Below are positions 1 through 10,523 of a DNA stretch of 64,000 nucleotides, piece by piece. The stretch comes from an uncultured cyanobacterium. GTDB taxonomy: Bacteria; Cyanobacteriota; Cyanobacteriia; Cyanobacteriales; Nostocaceae. The stretch is from positions 3,616,001-3,680,000 of the forward strand of contig CAVUDP010000002.1 in NCBI GenBank assembly GCA_963740315.1, read 5' to 3'. Within the stretch, counting starts at the first letter, position 1, and each line of letters opens with the position of its first letter. The translations under genes were made by a program, and so were the position numbers. A model generated the notes under the pieces. The model was not told the origin of the DNA. It worked only from the letters and a program-made list of their open reading frames with translations, and ran no database searches.

Positions 1-435
1 TTCTATACCGCGTAAATACAGAACAACTAAATTGTTTTCGAGTGACTGTAAGTGACTATTAATCGATAATAATCTTCACATTTAAATCAGTAAAAATAAT
101 TATAAATTAAGTTGATATTACTCTTCTAGGTATCTATAACAACAGCCTATAAATATCCGGATGATTTTGGGAAAATTATCAATCGGTTATGGATGATTAA
201 ATCTTCTTTTAAAAGAGGTTAAAGTTAGACTATTGACTGTCTTATATTCAAACCATAGAAAATTCAAATAACACGATCGTTTATAACAATAATCCGGATG
301 AAAAAAACCGCCACTAAAATAGGGCGGTCTGGTTAAGCAATCGGAGGGTATTTATAGCTTACTCTGCCAGTACATAAAATTGCTGTAGCTAAGTTTGCAC
401 TTGCAATACAAAATTTGTCGCTTTAAACAAGTAAT

Positions 436-1434
436 TTAATTCCGGCTATAAGCGCTCATTTTCTCTTTGATAAATCTAATATAAAGATGCCTAAAAGTGG
501 ATCTAATTACGCGGGGCATTCCAAAATCAATTGGCATAAATTTCGAGGGTAGTTGCCAATCATCTATTTGTAGCAAGTCAGGATCTAACTGAACAAAATC
601 GATCGCATTTAGTTCCGGACAAATTCCCAATCGCATTGATGCAGCAACAGTGGGTACTTGTTCGGGAGGAACTTTTAATATTTCCACCATTGCTCTATCT
701 AAAGCAAATACATCTGTTGATGAACCCAAAATGCCTAAAGGACGGGGTTCGCCGCCACTAGGACCGTTGCCTTCATGACCGATAATTCCATCTATAATGG
801 TTAAGTTGGGGTTAATAGCCTTGGCAGTCTCCACCAACATTTCTCCAAAGCGATTGGCATCTTTCCCCGCTTCCATGTGCCACCAAGCTTTCATTTTTCC
901 CGGCACGCAACCAAACAAGTTTTTCACTCCCAAAGTCAATACTAATTGAGAATGAGATTTTACTTTGGGTAAATTTATTACCACATCGGCTTCCATCGTC
1001 TCTTTAGATAGCAGCAGATGGTCAAACTTATCGTTAACGATGGAGTAGCGCTTACCATGAAACTCGATTAGGGGAAGATTGAGTTCTTTTAAAATCCATT
1101 CATATCCATTCGCTAACGCTACTCCCTTCGCGCTACCAAAAGCAGGGCTGTCTCCTAAAAACGGCTTACCACCAGCTTCCATTACCATAGTCGCCACTAC
1201 GTAAACCATTTCCGGGCGCGTGGTACATTCAGAAGTAGGACGCGAACCCGTCAGCAAATTAGGTTTGAGTAAAACGCGATCGCCACTTTTAACAAATGCT
1301 CTGATTCCACCCAAGGGTTCTAATAAAGTTTCCAAAGATTCCCTTAATACTTCCATTTCATAAGAAGTAGCCCTAATTAAACTGACAGATGGTGTTTGAG
1401 TCTGCATTGATATAATTTTGTTTTTCTGTGTCAT
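436..1434 (-). CDS. DUF362 domain-containing protein
   Basis: ORF with VLLKPNLL, GDSPAFG, INLPKVKSH, LGVKNLFG and DGIIGHEGNGP motifs typical of DUF362. Confidence 0.85.
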   Translation of the reverse strand: MTQKNKIISMQTQTPSVSLIRATSYEMEVLRESLETLLEPLGGIRAFVKSGDRVLLKPNLLTGSRPTSECTTRPEMVYVVATMVMEAGGKPFLGDSPAFGSAKGVALANGYEWILKELNLPLIEFHGKRYSIVNDKFDHLLLSKETMEADVVINLPKVKSHSQLVLTLGVKNLFGCVPGKMKAWWHMEAGKDANRFGEMLVETAKAINPNLTIIDGIIGHEGNGPSGGEPRPLGILGSSTDVFALDRAMVEILKVPPEQVPTVAASMRLGICPELNAIDFVQLDPDLLQIDDWQLPSKFMPIDFGMPRVIRSTFRHLYIRFIKEKMSAYSRN

Positions 1435-1455
1435 CACAGCTTAGCTTAACGATTG

Positions 1456-1650
1456 TTAGGGAGTAGGGAGTAGGGAGTAGGGAGTAGGAGTACTTCGACA
1501 AGCTCAGTAACCGTTAGGAGTTAGGAGTTAGGAGTTAGGAGTAGGGAGTAATTAGTCACTGTTCACTGTTCACTGTTCACTGTTCACTGTTTACTGTTCA
1601 CTATTCACTGTTCACTGTTCACTGTTCACTGTTTACTGTTCACTGTTCGC
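1456..1650. repeat. Heptamer tandem repeat block: (TAGGGAG/TTAGGAG)n followed by about 13 copies of (CACTGTT)
   Basis: Read directly from the sequence; cyanobacterial STRR-type repeats; the 20-mer CTTCGACAAGCTCAGTAACC is embedded at 1493-1512. Confidence 0.9.
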
Positions 1651-3046
1651 TGACGATCGCGCTCATTTGTTGGAGATTTAGTATTTTGCTTAATTCTTCT
1701 TCATTCATTAGTCCTTTTTCTAGTACAATTTGTCTTAAGGATTTGCCAGTCTCTACCGATTCTTTAGCTATTGCTGCGGCATTAAGGTAGCCGATGTGAG
1801 GGTTTAATGCCGTTACTAATGCCAAGCTTCCTTCGGCATAACTTAAACAACGTTCTGGTAAAGCAGTAATTCCTTTGATGCAGCGAGAAGTTAGCGATCG
1901 AACGGTTAGCCCAAGTATTTCAATACTGTGAATTAAGTCATAGGCAATCAATGGCATCATCACATTCAGTTCTAATTGTCCTGCTTGTGCCGCGTAACTA
2001 ATAGCTGTGTCATAACCCATCACCTGAAAACACACCATTGATGTCATCTCAGCCATCACAGGATTATATTTTCCAGGCATAATCGAGGAACCCGGTTGCA
2101 CTGGTGGTAATTGAATTTCTTTGAAACCAGTGTTTGGTCCTGAATCCATCAGGCGCAAATCATGGGATATTTTGACTAAATCTTGAGCCAGATTTCGCAA
2201 AGCGCCGGATACATTAACAAACGGTGCCATACTTTGCATTGCAGCCATGAGATGGGTTGCCTCCTTTAAAGGAGAATTAACTAGTCCTGATATAATTTTT
2301 ATCACGGCTACGCGATATTGGGGATGGGTGTTTAACCCCGTACCGGCTGCACTTCCTCCCAAACCCAGCACCATTAAATCTACTGAAGCGGTATTAATTC
2401 TATTTCGATGATCTTTGAGAATCTGCGCCCAAGCAGCAAAAGTATCGCCTAAACGCACTGGTACCGCGTCTTGTAAATGAGTCCGACCGGACTTTACAAT
2501 ATCTTTAAATTCTCTAGCTTTTTCTTCTAAAGCAGCGATCGCATTATCTAAAGCAGGATACAACGTTTGGGAAAGAGCCAAAATTCCACCGATTCTAATT
2601 GCCGTAGGAATCACATCATTGGTAGACTGCCCGTAGTTAACGTGATCGTTAGGGCTGACTCGCTTATAGTTACCTTTGGAGTCTCCTAAAATTTCCAAAG
2701 CGCGATTTGCTAGCACTTCATTGACATTCATATGGTGGGAAGTACCAGCACCCGCTTGATAAACATCCACTACAAACTGATCGCGAAACTTACCCGCTAA
2801 TACTTCCGAGGCAGCCTGTACAATAGCTTGACTAATATCTTGGGGTATACAACCCAATTCGCCATTTACGATTGCTGTAGCCTTTTTAATGATGATGCAG
2901 GCATCCACGTAAGTAGATAAAGGTTTAATGCCGCTGATAGCAAAGTTTTCCGTAGCTCGCAGCGTTTGAATCCCGTAATAAGCGCTACTCGGAATTTGGC
3001 GATCGCCCATTGAATCGCTTTCGATACGAAATTGTTGATCGGTCAT
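1640..3046 (-). CDS. aspA: Aspartate ammonia-lyase (fumarase/aspartase superfamily)
   Basis: GSSIMPGKYNP signature, KSGRTHLQDA; QAGAGTS is closer to AspA than to the FumC QTGSGT. Confidence 0.8.
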   Translation of the reverse strand: MTDQQFRIESDSMGDRQIPSSAYYGIQTLRATENFAISGIKPLSTYVDACIIIKKATAIVNGELGCIPQDISQAIVQAASEVLAGKFRDQFVVDVYQAGAGTSHHMNVNEVLANRALEILGDSKGNYKRVSPNDHVNYGQSTNDVIPTAIRIGGILALSQTLYPALDNAIAALEEKAREFKDIVKSGRTHLQDAVPVRLGDTFAAWAQILKDHRNRINTASVDLMVLGLGGSAAGTGLNTHPQYRVAVIKIISGLVNSPLKEATHLMAAMQSMAPFVNVSGALRNLAQDLVKISHDLRLMDSGPNTGFKEIQLPPVQPGSSIMPGKYNPVMAEMTSMVCFQVMGYDTAISYAAQAGQLELNVMMPLIAYDLIHSIEILGLTVRSLTSRCIKGITALPERCLSYAEGSLALVTALNPHIGYLNAAAIAKESVETGKSLRQIVLEKGLMNEEELSKILNLQQMSAIVSEQ

Positions 3047-3144
3047 GGTGTTCAGTTAACTGTCATCAGTTAACTGTTACCAGTTAGCGGTAATAGTAGA
3101 CATTTTTTATTATCAATTCTTAATTAGTTTTGATATTCTTAGCT

Positions 3145-3362
3145 GTTAGGAGTCAGTAGGGAGTAGGGAGTAGGGAGTAGGGAATGGGAAACAGTGAATA
3201 ATAAATCTTAAAACTCATAACTCCTAATCCAAAATCTAAAACAAACAAAACGCATCCGTTGTTAAACGCATCGGTTGTTAAAATCCAAAATCTTATAACT
3301 CCTAACTCCTAACTCCTAACTTCTAAACCTCAATCTAAAATCTAAAATCCAAAATCCAAAAT
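3145..3362. repeat. Mixed heptamer repeats (TAGGGAG, AACTCCT, AAATCYA) and a duplicated AAACGCATCSGTTGTT
   Basis: Read directly in the aspA/pgsA divergent intergenic region. Confidence 0.8.
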
Positions 3363-3365
3363 CGA

Positions 3366-3899
3366 ATGACTCTCCCAAACTGGATTACTTTTTCTCGTCT
3401 TCTGGGCATACCGTTTATTATTTACGGTTTGCAAAATCCGACATCCCAAGCAAGATGGATATGTTTCACAATTTTTGTGGTTGCTGCGGCTACAGACTGG
3501 TTAGATGGTTATTTAGCGAGAAAACTCAACCAAGTCAGCGATTTAGGGAAATTTCTCGATCCTTTAGTTGATAAATTGCTGGTGCTTGCTCCATTGCTTT
3601 CTTTGATTGAATTGGGACAAATTCCAGCGTGGGGAGTATTTTTAATATTAGGAAGGGAATTAGCGATCGCGGGGTGGAGAGTTAGTCAACCGAAAATCAG
3701 CGGTGCAAATATTTGGGGAAAACTAAAAACCGTAAGTCAAATAATTGCGATCGCGCTTTTGATTGCTCCTTTATCTCCACAATGGGAATTACCTTCTTTG
3801 ATTGCTTTTTGGGTATCTGTCGCTTTGACTTTGATTAGTGGGGCAATTTATCTTTTACCGCAGAAGACTGTGGAAGATAGTCAAGTTGTTGTGGAATGA
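3366..3899 (+). CDS. pgsA: CDP-diacylglycerol--glycerol-3-phosphate 3-phosphatidyltransferase
   Basis: LPNWITFSR N-terminus and the CDP-alcohol phosphatidyltransferase motif DWLDGYLAR...GKFLDPLVDK. Confidence 0.93.
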   Translation: MTLPNWITFSRLLGIPFIIYGLQNPTSQARWICFTIFVVAAATDWLDGYLARKLNQVSDLGKFLDPLVDKLLVLAPLLSLIELGQIPAWGVFLILGRELAIAGWRVSQPKISGANIWGKLKTVSQIIAIALLIAPLSPQWELPSLIAFWVSVALTLISGAIYLLPQKTVEDSQVVVE

Positions 3900-4453
3900 A
3901 TCCTAAAAAAGCAACTCGTAGCGATTGGAAAATACAGCCAATGCCAGAGTTAAAAACTCGGCTACAGGTTGAGGAAATTTTTACTAAGGAAGAATATGAA
4001 TATCTAACTTGGGGACTAATTCCCATGTCAATGGATGATAAATGGTTTATTTATCTTGAAGATGATTGGCTGTATTACCATCGAAGCTGGACGGGTTATT
4101 GTGTTTTTCAAGTTCGTTTAGAACGATTTGAAGATGGCTATTCAATCGCTGAAGCTTGGGTTAATTACAATCCAAATCAGCGTTACGATAAATGTCTCCT
4201 ATTTTGGATTGGTTTTCTAATTAGAATAAATCAAGAGAAAGATTATTGTTGCGGTAGAGTGATTATTGCTTTCTTCATTTGCATTTTCATAAAAGAGGCT
4301 TCAGCAAATATTAATATATTTCTTAAACTAAATTTTATAGTATTTATAATAAGTTTTCTATCTTATCTATTTTCAAATCTTAATTTTAATCATTGGGGCT
4401 TTCATGGAGATTTATATGATTTTATAGACTATTATTATTACAAATGCAATTAG
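3896..4453 (+). CDS. Hypothetical protein (conserved-looking N-terminal MDDKWFIY/YHRSWTG domain, hydrophobic tail)
   Basis: 185-aa ORF coupled to pgsA by an ATGA overlap. Confidence 0.6.
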   Translation: MNPKKATRSDWKIQPMPELKTRLQVEEIFTKEEYEYLTWGLIPMSMDDKWFIYLEDDWLYYHRSWTGYCVFQVRLERFEDGYSIAEAWVNYNPNQRYDKCLLFWIGFLIRINQEKDYCCGRVIIAFFICIFIKEASANINIFLKLNFIVFIISFLSYLFSNLNFNHWGFHGDLYDFIDYYYYKCN

Positions 4454-4528
4454 ATTTAAGTGTCTTGTCGTAGGGAGAGAGTTGGTATTAGTGAACCGCA
4501 TTAAAATGGATCGGTTTATATCGTAGCC

Positions 4529-4721
4529 CGACAAAGAATGAAATTCCCCGTCTCATAGCATAAATCCTCTCAAGAAAACTACAAAATGAATTATCTAGTA
4601 TTTCTGTATTTCAGTCAACTTACTAGCTATACAATCATAATTAATATTTATTACATTCAAAAATTTATCAGTCCTCTTTAGAGGACTTTTGCTATTAGAC
4701 AGAGAATTGCATTCTCTGGCG
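4529..4721. mobile_element. MITE-like element with 51-bp imperfect terminal inverted repeats
   Basis: 4529-4579 matches the reverse complement of 4671-4721 at about 40/51 positions by manual alignment; non-coding AT-rich interior. Confidence 0.6.
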
Positions 4722-4769
4722 AATTGGCGATTTTAAACTGATATTATAACCATCATCAAATATCATCAT

Positions 4770-4943
4770 GGTGCGTTACGGCATTTTCAAGTTCTTAACT
4801 ACGACAAGATATTTTGATGCCGTAACACACCCTACAACCTACCAATTTAAAATTTATCCATAATCATGATGTTGGGTTACTCTACTTATTAATATAAATT
4901 TACGTTACCAATTAAATTGATTTTCATGTCTAACCCAACCTAC
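4770..4943. repeat. Two REP-like palindromic elements ending in CCTAC
   Basis: GGTGCGTTACGGCAT...ATGCCGTAACACACCCTAC (4770-4835) and GTTGGGTTA...TAACCCAACCTAC (4871-4943); GTAG foot on the minus strand. Confidence 0.65.
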
Positions 4944-4967
4944 TCCCTACTCCCATTATTTTAAAAA

Positions 4968-6182
4968 TCAAACTTCTAATTTAACCTGAGTTACACCTTG
5001 ACGCATTTTACGCTGTCTCTGTATCCAAGATAGACGAACTGCTTTGCTTGCTAAACGAGCTAATTTAAAAACAATTTTTCGTAAAAATAGATTTTTGGGC
5101 AATATTTCATGTTGCCTACCTTCTTCTTTTTGCAGCTGTTGAATGCGGATAATTTCCGGTTCTCTTTCTTTCTGAATTTGTGAGAATACCTTATCTATTT
5201 CTTGATTTTCAGATTCTTTAAGTAATACGGGTACAAGATGATTTACCGCGACAATTACATCGCGTAAAGCAACATTAATTCCTTGAGCGCGAATGGGAGA
5301 CATGGGGTGAGCGGCATCACCCAAAAGTAAAACTCCTGGAGTATGCCAAGATGGACAAAGACCTACTACAACTGATAGTTTAATGGGTTTTTCTATAGAA
5401 TCTGCATGGCTAAGAAAATGTTCTGCTAACCACGAAGGTGATATTGATGCAAACATTTTTGCCCATTCAGCTTTTGTTTTATCGCTAATATTTTGAATGT
5501 TTTGACTAGCAGTTAAAGTCCAACCAAGATGTAATTTTCCCGGTTCCGCTCCATGAAATACAGCAAATGCATTTTCACCGTCTCCAATGGCAGAAAATAC
5601 ATTATCTGCGACAAAACGAGGATTTGCAGCTAATTTGAACCACAGAATATCCATACTTTTCGGCTGTCGTTCTAATTCCAATCCGGCGCGTTGTCTAATA
5701 ATAGAATTACGACCATCTGCACCAATTACTACGTCGGCTGAAATTTCTCGTTCATCTGTTAATTTAATCCCTGCTACACGATGATCGATAGATAATAAAT
5801 CTTTAACAGCTATACCTTGTATAAATTCAAAGCGATCGTATTTTTGAGCTTCTAAAATTAACTTTTCAAGTAAAGGTGGTTGAGAAACTAAAGTACATGG
5901 TTGAGTATCGGCTTCTATGGGTTCGTCAACGCGAAATAAGGATTTTTTGTTTAAAATAAATTCCCATGCATCAAGTTGTCGATGAGGAATTTGTTCGAGT
6001 ATTTCTGATAATCCCATTTCCGACAGAGCATTTAAACCACTTGGCATTAACCCCTCCCCACGAAACACTCGATGGAAGTCGGAAGCAGCTTCAACTAATG
6101 TGACTGCAATACCACGCTGTACGAGCATTAAGGCAAGAGTTACACCTGTGGGACCTGCTCCTGCGATCGCAATTTTTTTCAT
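4968..6182 (-). CDS. FAD-dependent monooxygenase/oxidoreductase (UbiH/PheA-like)
   Basis: GAGPTG Rossmann motif, GADGRNS, LLGDAAHPMSP...QGIN. Confidence 0.88.
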   Translation of the reverse strand: MKKIAIAGAGPTGVTLALMLVQRGIAVTLVEAASDFHRVFRGEGLMPSGLNALSEMGLSEILEQIPHRQLDAWEFILNKKSLFRVDEPIEADTQPCTLVSQPPLLEKLILEAQKYDRFEFIQGIAVKDLLSIDHRVAGIKLTDEREISADVVIGADGRNSIIRQRAGLELERQPKSMDILWFKLAANPRFVADNVFSAIGDGENAFAVFHGAEPGKLHLGWTLTASQNIQNISDKTKAEWAKMFASISPSWLAEHFLSHADSIEKPIKLSVVVGLCPSWHTPGVLLLGDAAHPMSPIRAQGINVALRDVIVAVNHLVPVLLKESENQEIDKVFSQIQKEREPEIIRIQQLQKEEGRQHEILPKNLFLRKIVFKLARLASKAVRLSWIQRQRKMRQGVTQVKLEV

Positions 6183-6291
6183 TGTTTATTAAGGAAGGGA
6201 GTAGGGAGTAGGGAGTAGGGAGTAGGGAATTGGGGATTGGGGATTGGGGATTGGTAATAAGGACTAAAGTCCTTACTACGAACCTTTTTGT

Positions 6292-7230
6292 CTAACCCAC
6301 TGCTTTTAATATTTCCTCGTCAGTTGAAAAATCAATTTCTTTTTTATCTCGTTGGGATGTCAAATAATCGTTTTTAAATGAATCTTTCAACCCAGATGTT
6401 AAATCGTAATCTGGATGCCAATCTAGTTCTGTCATGGCTTTGTTAACGGACGCGAAGAAATGCTGCATTCTCATTGGGAAGGCTTTACGCTTGCCAAAAT
6501 CAAACTTTTTGGGGTCGTAATGCACGATTTGAATGTCGTCTGCCGATTTACCCGCAGCTACAGCACAAGCACGGGCTAAACCGTCAAAGGTAATGTAACG
6601 ATTTCCCGAAATGTTGTAAATCTGGTTAATTGCTGTAGAATTGCCTATAACTTGAGCCATTGCCTTCGCTAAATCTTTAACGTGACCTAACTGAGTTATA
6701 TGCAATCCGTTACCGGGAATGGGAAGCGGACGGTTTCGAGTAATTCTGTCAAAAAACCAGGCTTCTAAATCGTTGTAATTTTGCGGTCCGTAAATATAGG
6801 TGGGACGAATTGAGGTAAAGGGAAAGCCATTTTCTGCAAGGAAGCTTTCGGTATGATGTTTACCTTTATGACGACTTTTTGGATCTACTGCGTCTCCTTC
6901 TATATGAGGTAAACTGTCAGATTTGAGATAAACTCCAGCAGAACTCATGTAAACAAAATGCTGTATGCGGTTTTGAAAAATTTCTGCTAATGGTTGGGTA
7001 TCGGTAAGTTCGCGCCCATTGTTGTCAAAAATGACATCAAAATTTTCGTTGCTTAACTTTTCTTTTAGCTGGTTTGGGTCAGTGCGATCGCCTGTAATCT
7101 GCGTTACCTTCTCTACTGGTAACGGACGATTGCCACGATTGAACAGTACTACAGAATGTCCCTGTTCTACCAGTATTTGAGTCAGATAGACACCGATAAA
7201 TCTAGTGCCCCCCATGATTAAAATTCGCAT
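6292..7230 (-). CDS. NAD-dependent epimerase/dehydratase family protein (CSP41b-like)
   Basis: MRILIMGGTRFIG, RPTYIYGP, KKFDFGKRKAFPMR; start set at the ATG at 7230. Confidence 0.85.
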   Translation of the reverse strand: MRILIMGGTRFIGVYLTQILVEQGHSVVLFNRGNRPLPVEKVTQITGDRTDPNQLKEKLSNENFDVIFDNNGRELTDTQPLAEIFQNRIQHFVYMSSAGVYLKSDSLPHIEGDAVDPKSRHKGKHHTESFLAENGFPFTSIRPTYIYGPQNYNDLEAWFFDRITRNRPLPIPGNGLHITQLGHVKDLAKAMAQVIGNSTAINQIYNISGNRYITFDGLARACAVAAGKSADDIQIVHYDPKKFDFGKRKAFPMRMQHFFASVNKAMTELDWHPDYDLTSGLKDSFKNDYLTSQRDKKEIDFSTDEEILKAVG

Positions 7231-7783
7231 AAAATCCCTGCTATATCTGCTACTTATTCGCAAAAAATCTCAGAATGAATCAAAAATGTCAGTTGAAATT
7301 TACATACTCCTCTACTAATGCCATAAAGGTACAAACTTCATCCTTTCTGAGATTATCAGAAATCGCGAACGCTTTTAATACTTCTGTATTCTCAATAGCT
7401 TGGAGTAATATTCGCAGAAACTTATATTGTGGAAATTACGTCACCAGAAGGGTTGTTAAATTCCCGTTTAATTCAAAAAACAGCAAAACTTTACTTTTTA
7501 CAGCCAAAAATTGCCTCATTTGACTGCATGGCAGATACAATTGTTGGCGATTGCAAAAAGCGCACTCAATTATGATGCTTCGATCTACACCTTGCTTATC
7601 GCACCATCGAAGATATTTAAAAACATAAAAATCTGAGAATGTGGAAATTTAAGACACGGAGGTTTAAGCTATGTTGATTGTATATACGTATGTATGCGCT
7701 TCGGAAGCAGTAGATGTGTTGCAGTGGCAAATCTGGAGGCGGTGATAATCTGGATATTTTGTACAAATGTTCTTTATTTATGA

Positions 7784-8944
7784 ATGCTTGCTGTGGCTTT
7801 AAAATATGCTTTGGTGCATGAGTGGCTTACACCCGACGCAACAGGTGGTTCGGAGCTCGTGGTACGAGATATTTTGGATCGTGTTGATGCTGATTTGTAT
7901 GCTCTGATTGATTTTGAATCTAGTAATCCAAAAAGTTATTTATATAAACGTCAAATTGGTACAACGTTTTTACAGTATTTACCCTTAGCAAAAAGCGGTG
8001 TTCAAAAATACTTGCCATTACTGCCATTGGCTATTGAACAACTGGATTTACGCCAATATGATGTGATTCTTTCTTCATCGCACGCAGTTGCCAAAGGGGT
8101 TTTAACGACTCCCGATCAACTGCATATTTGTTACTGCCACAGTCCCATGCGCTACGCTTGGGATTTAACTTTTGATTATCTCCGAGAAAGCAAACTGGGA
8201 ACGGGTATGGCTGGATGGGCAACGCGCTATTTACTGCATCGTTTGCGGCAGTGGGATGTTTTGAGCGCTAATCGAGTTGATTACTTTATTGCTAATTCTG
8301 CACATACCGCACGTAGAATTTGGCGATGTTACAGAAGAGACGCTGAAGTTATATATCCACCAGTAAATACCGATGGGTTTCCTTTTTTATCCCAGAAAGA
8401 AGATTTTTACCTAACGGTTTCCCGGTTGGTGAGCTATAAACAAGTAACTTTAATTGTCAAAGCTTTTAATCAACTTAAAAAACCTTTGGTAATAATTGGT
8501 ACCGGAACTGATATGGATAAAATCCTTAAAATAGCCAATCCTAACATAAAAATACTAGGATGGCAGCCCGACGATATGGTAAAAAAATATATGGCTAATG
8601 CCCGAGGTTTTGTCTATGCTGCTTGTGAAGATTTTGGTATTGCCTTAGTTGAAGCACAAGCTTGCGGTACTCCGGCGATCGCCTATGGTGCTGGTGGCGC
8701 TCTGGAAACGGTGCGAGATATTCGTCAACACGGTGATACGGGAACGGGTATATTTTTCCAAGAGCAAACAGAAGCATCTTTGATCGAAGCGGTGGAAACT
8801 TTTGAAGCTAACAGAGAAAAATTTAATCCTGAATATGCTAAGAAACACGCGGCTCAATTTTCTAAACAAATGTTTGCTTCTCGGTATCTCGACTTTCTAC
8901 ATAAGTGCGAAGAAAAAAGCAAGAAAAGGAAAGTGTATACTTGA
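7784..8944 (+). CDS. Glycosyltransferase family 4
   Basis: HEWL...GGSE, YCHSPMRYAW, EDFGIALVEAQACGTP. Confidence 0.9.
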   Translation: MLAVALKYALVHEWLTPDATGGSELVVRDILDRVDADLYALIDFESSNPKSYLYKRQIGTTFLQYLPLAKSGVQKYLPLLPLAIEQLDLRQYDVILSSSHAVAKGVLTTPDQLHICYCHSPMRYAWDLTFDYLRESKLGTGMAGWATRYLLHRLRQWDVLSANRVDYFIANSAHTARRIWRCYRRDAEVIYPPVNTDGFPFLSQKEDFYLTVSRLVSYKQVTLIVKAFNQLKKPLVIIGTGTDMDKILKIANPNIKILGWQPDDMVKKYMANARGFVYAACEDFGIALVEAQACGTPAIAYGAGGALETVRDIRQHGDTGTGIFFQEQTEASLIEAVETFEANREKFNPEYAKKHAAQFSKQMFASRYLDFLHKCEEKSKKRKVYT

Positions 8945-9053
8945 TTCTTCTGTCTAGGTATTGAGACGATAAACTAAATTTGCTTCCCAAGTACTTTTAC
9001 AAGCTCCATAAGCTTTAAGATTGGGACTATGTGTGGTGTGGATTGAAAGGAGT

Positions 9054-9788
9054 ATGATGACGGCACAGACATCACTCCTCTCCGGTAAGATTGCGCGTAC
9101 TTTCTTTAAACGCAGTCACCAAAAAAAGAAGCCAAAATTGAAACCCCTTGGTTTTTATTCTGAAGCTTTAAACGGAGAGAAAGCTAAGCGATTGTTCGAT
9201 ATAATATTTTCCCTGTTAGTACTAATTCTGTTTTCTCCTGTTTATTTAATTTTGGCTTTGCTGGTTGCTTTAAGCTCGGATGGACCTATTTTTTACGTTC
9301 AGGAACGAGTTGGTAAAAATTACAAGCGATTTAGTTGTATTAAATTTCGCACAATGGTGACTAATGCCGATGAAATTTTGATACAGATGATGGAAACATC
9401 GCCGCAGTTTCAACAAGAATGGAAGAGCAATTTTAAACTGAAAAAAGACCCTAGAATTACTACAATCGGTAAGTTTCTACGAATTACCAGTTTGGATGAA
9501 TTCCCTCAGTTTTGGAATGTTCTTAAAGGTGATATGAGTGTTGTTGGACCTCGACCTTTAGTAGCAGAGGAATTACCAAAATATGGATGTCATATTAATG
9601 AGATTTTAACTATCAGACCTGGAATTACTGGGTTGTGGCAAGTCTCTGGGCGCAATGATATTCCTTATCCTAGAAGAGTTCAAATAGATTTGTACTATGT
9701 AAAATTTAGAAGTTTTTGGTTAGATTTATGGATTGTTTTAAAAACGATTGCTGTTGTAGTTATACCGAAAGATAGCGGAGCTTATTAA
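9054..9788 (+). CDS. Sugar transferase (undecaprenyl-phosphate phosphoglycosyl transferase, WcaJ/WbaP C-terminal type)
   Basis: KRLFDI, KFRTM, DPRIT, SLDEFPQFWNVLKGDMSVVGPRP; AAGGAG RBS before the ATG at 9054. Confidence 0.9.
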   Translation: MMTAQTSLLSGKIARTFFKRSHQKKKPKLKPLGFYSEALNGEKAKRLFDIIFSLLVLILFSPVYLILALLVALSSDGPIFYVQERVGKNYKRFSCIKFRTMVTNADEILIQMMETSPQFQQEWKSNFKLKKDPRITTIGKFLRITSLDEFPQFWNVLKGDMSVVGPRPLVAEELPKYGCHINEILTIRPGITGLWQVSGRNDIPYPRRVQIDLYYVKFRSFWLDLWIVLKTIAVVVIPKDSGAY

Positions 9789-10523
9789 ATAAGAGCTATT
9801 TTCCCTAGAGGGGCAGCTTGATTGCCCCCATTAAATTTTATTTGCTATTTTTTTTATTAAAATAAAGATTTACGCTCTACAAAAACTGATAATTTTCTGT
9901 ATTCTTGACACAGAAGATTAATTTAAAGGTTAATTCTATCATAACGGAAATAAATGCAATTCATCTTATTTCAGCGATACATTAACAAAAAATACACCGG
10001 ATTTTTATTTAATTAAATATAATACTAATCTTCGTTTTTCTTTGTATCTATTTTATATAATTATAACTCAAATTTAGATTCGATTGGAGAAATACTTTTT
10101 TTGAACGTTTATTTATTATTTAATTGTATTTTGGTTAACAAATATTAATTGCTTCTCGATAAATTTTGAATAACGCAGTAAAGCAAACTTAATATTCTCA
10201 TAAAATATAGAATTACTGGATACATTTTCGGTATCATCATCCGTTTAAAATTATTTATTAAAAATTAATTTAAACTTTATGTAACGACAAAATAAATAAA
10301 GTATTTATGAAGATGAAAAAAAATATACTGGATATATAGTTAATTTTTAGTTACTGTTTGAAGGGCTTACCTTGTAAAGATATTAAACAGTATATTTACT
10401 TAGGTGAACGGGATATTACTTAAACAAAACTCGTAAGTTTCCCATTGGGCAAGTAAGTGTATTCCTGTTAGCTTATATCCGGGCTACCTGTATTAATTAG
10501 ATTAAATATATAAGGAATAAAGA

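Noticed and set aside
7275..7523. 82-aa ORF (likewise 25048-25248 and 57449-57703)
   Set aside because: No recognisable motif or RBS; they lie in promoter-like intergenic DNA
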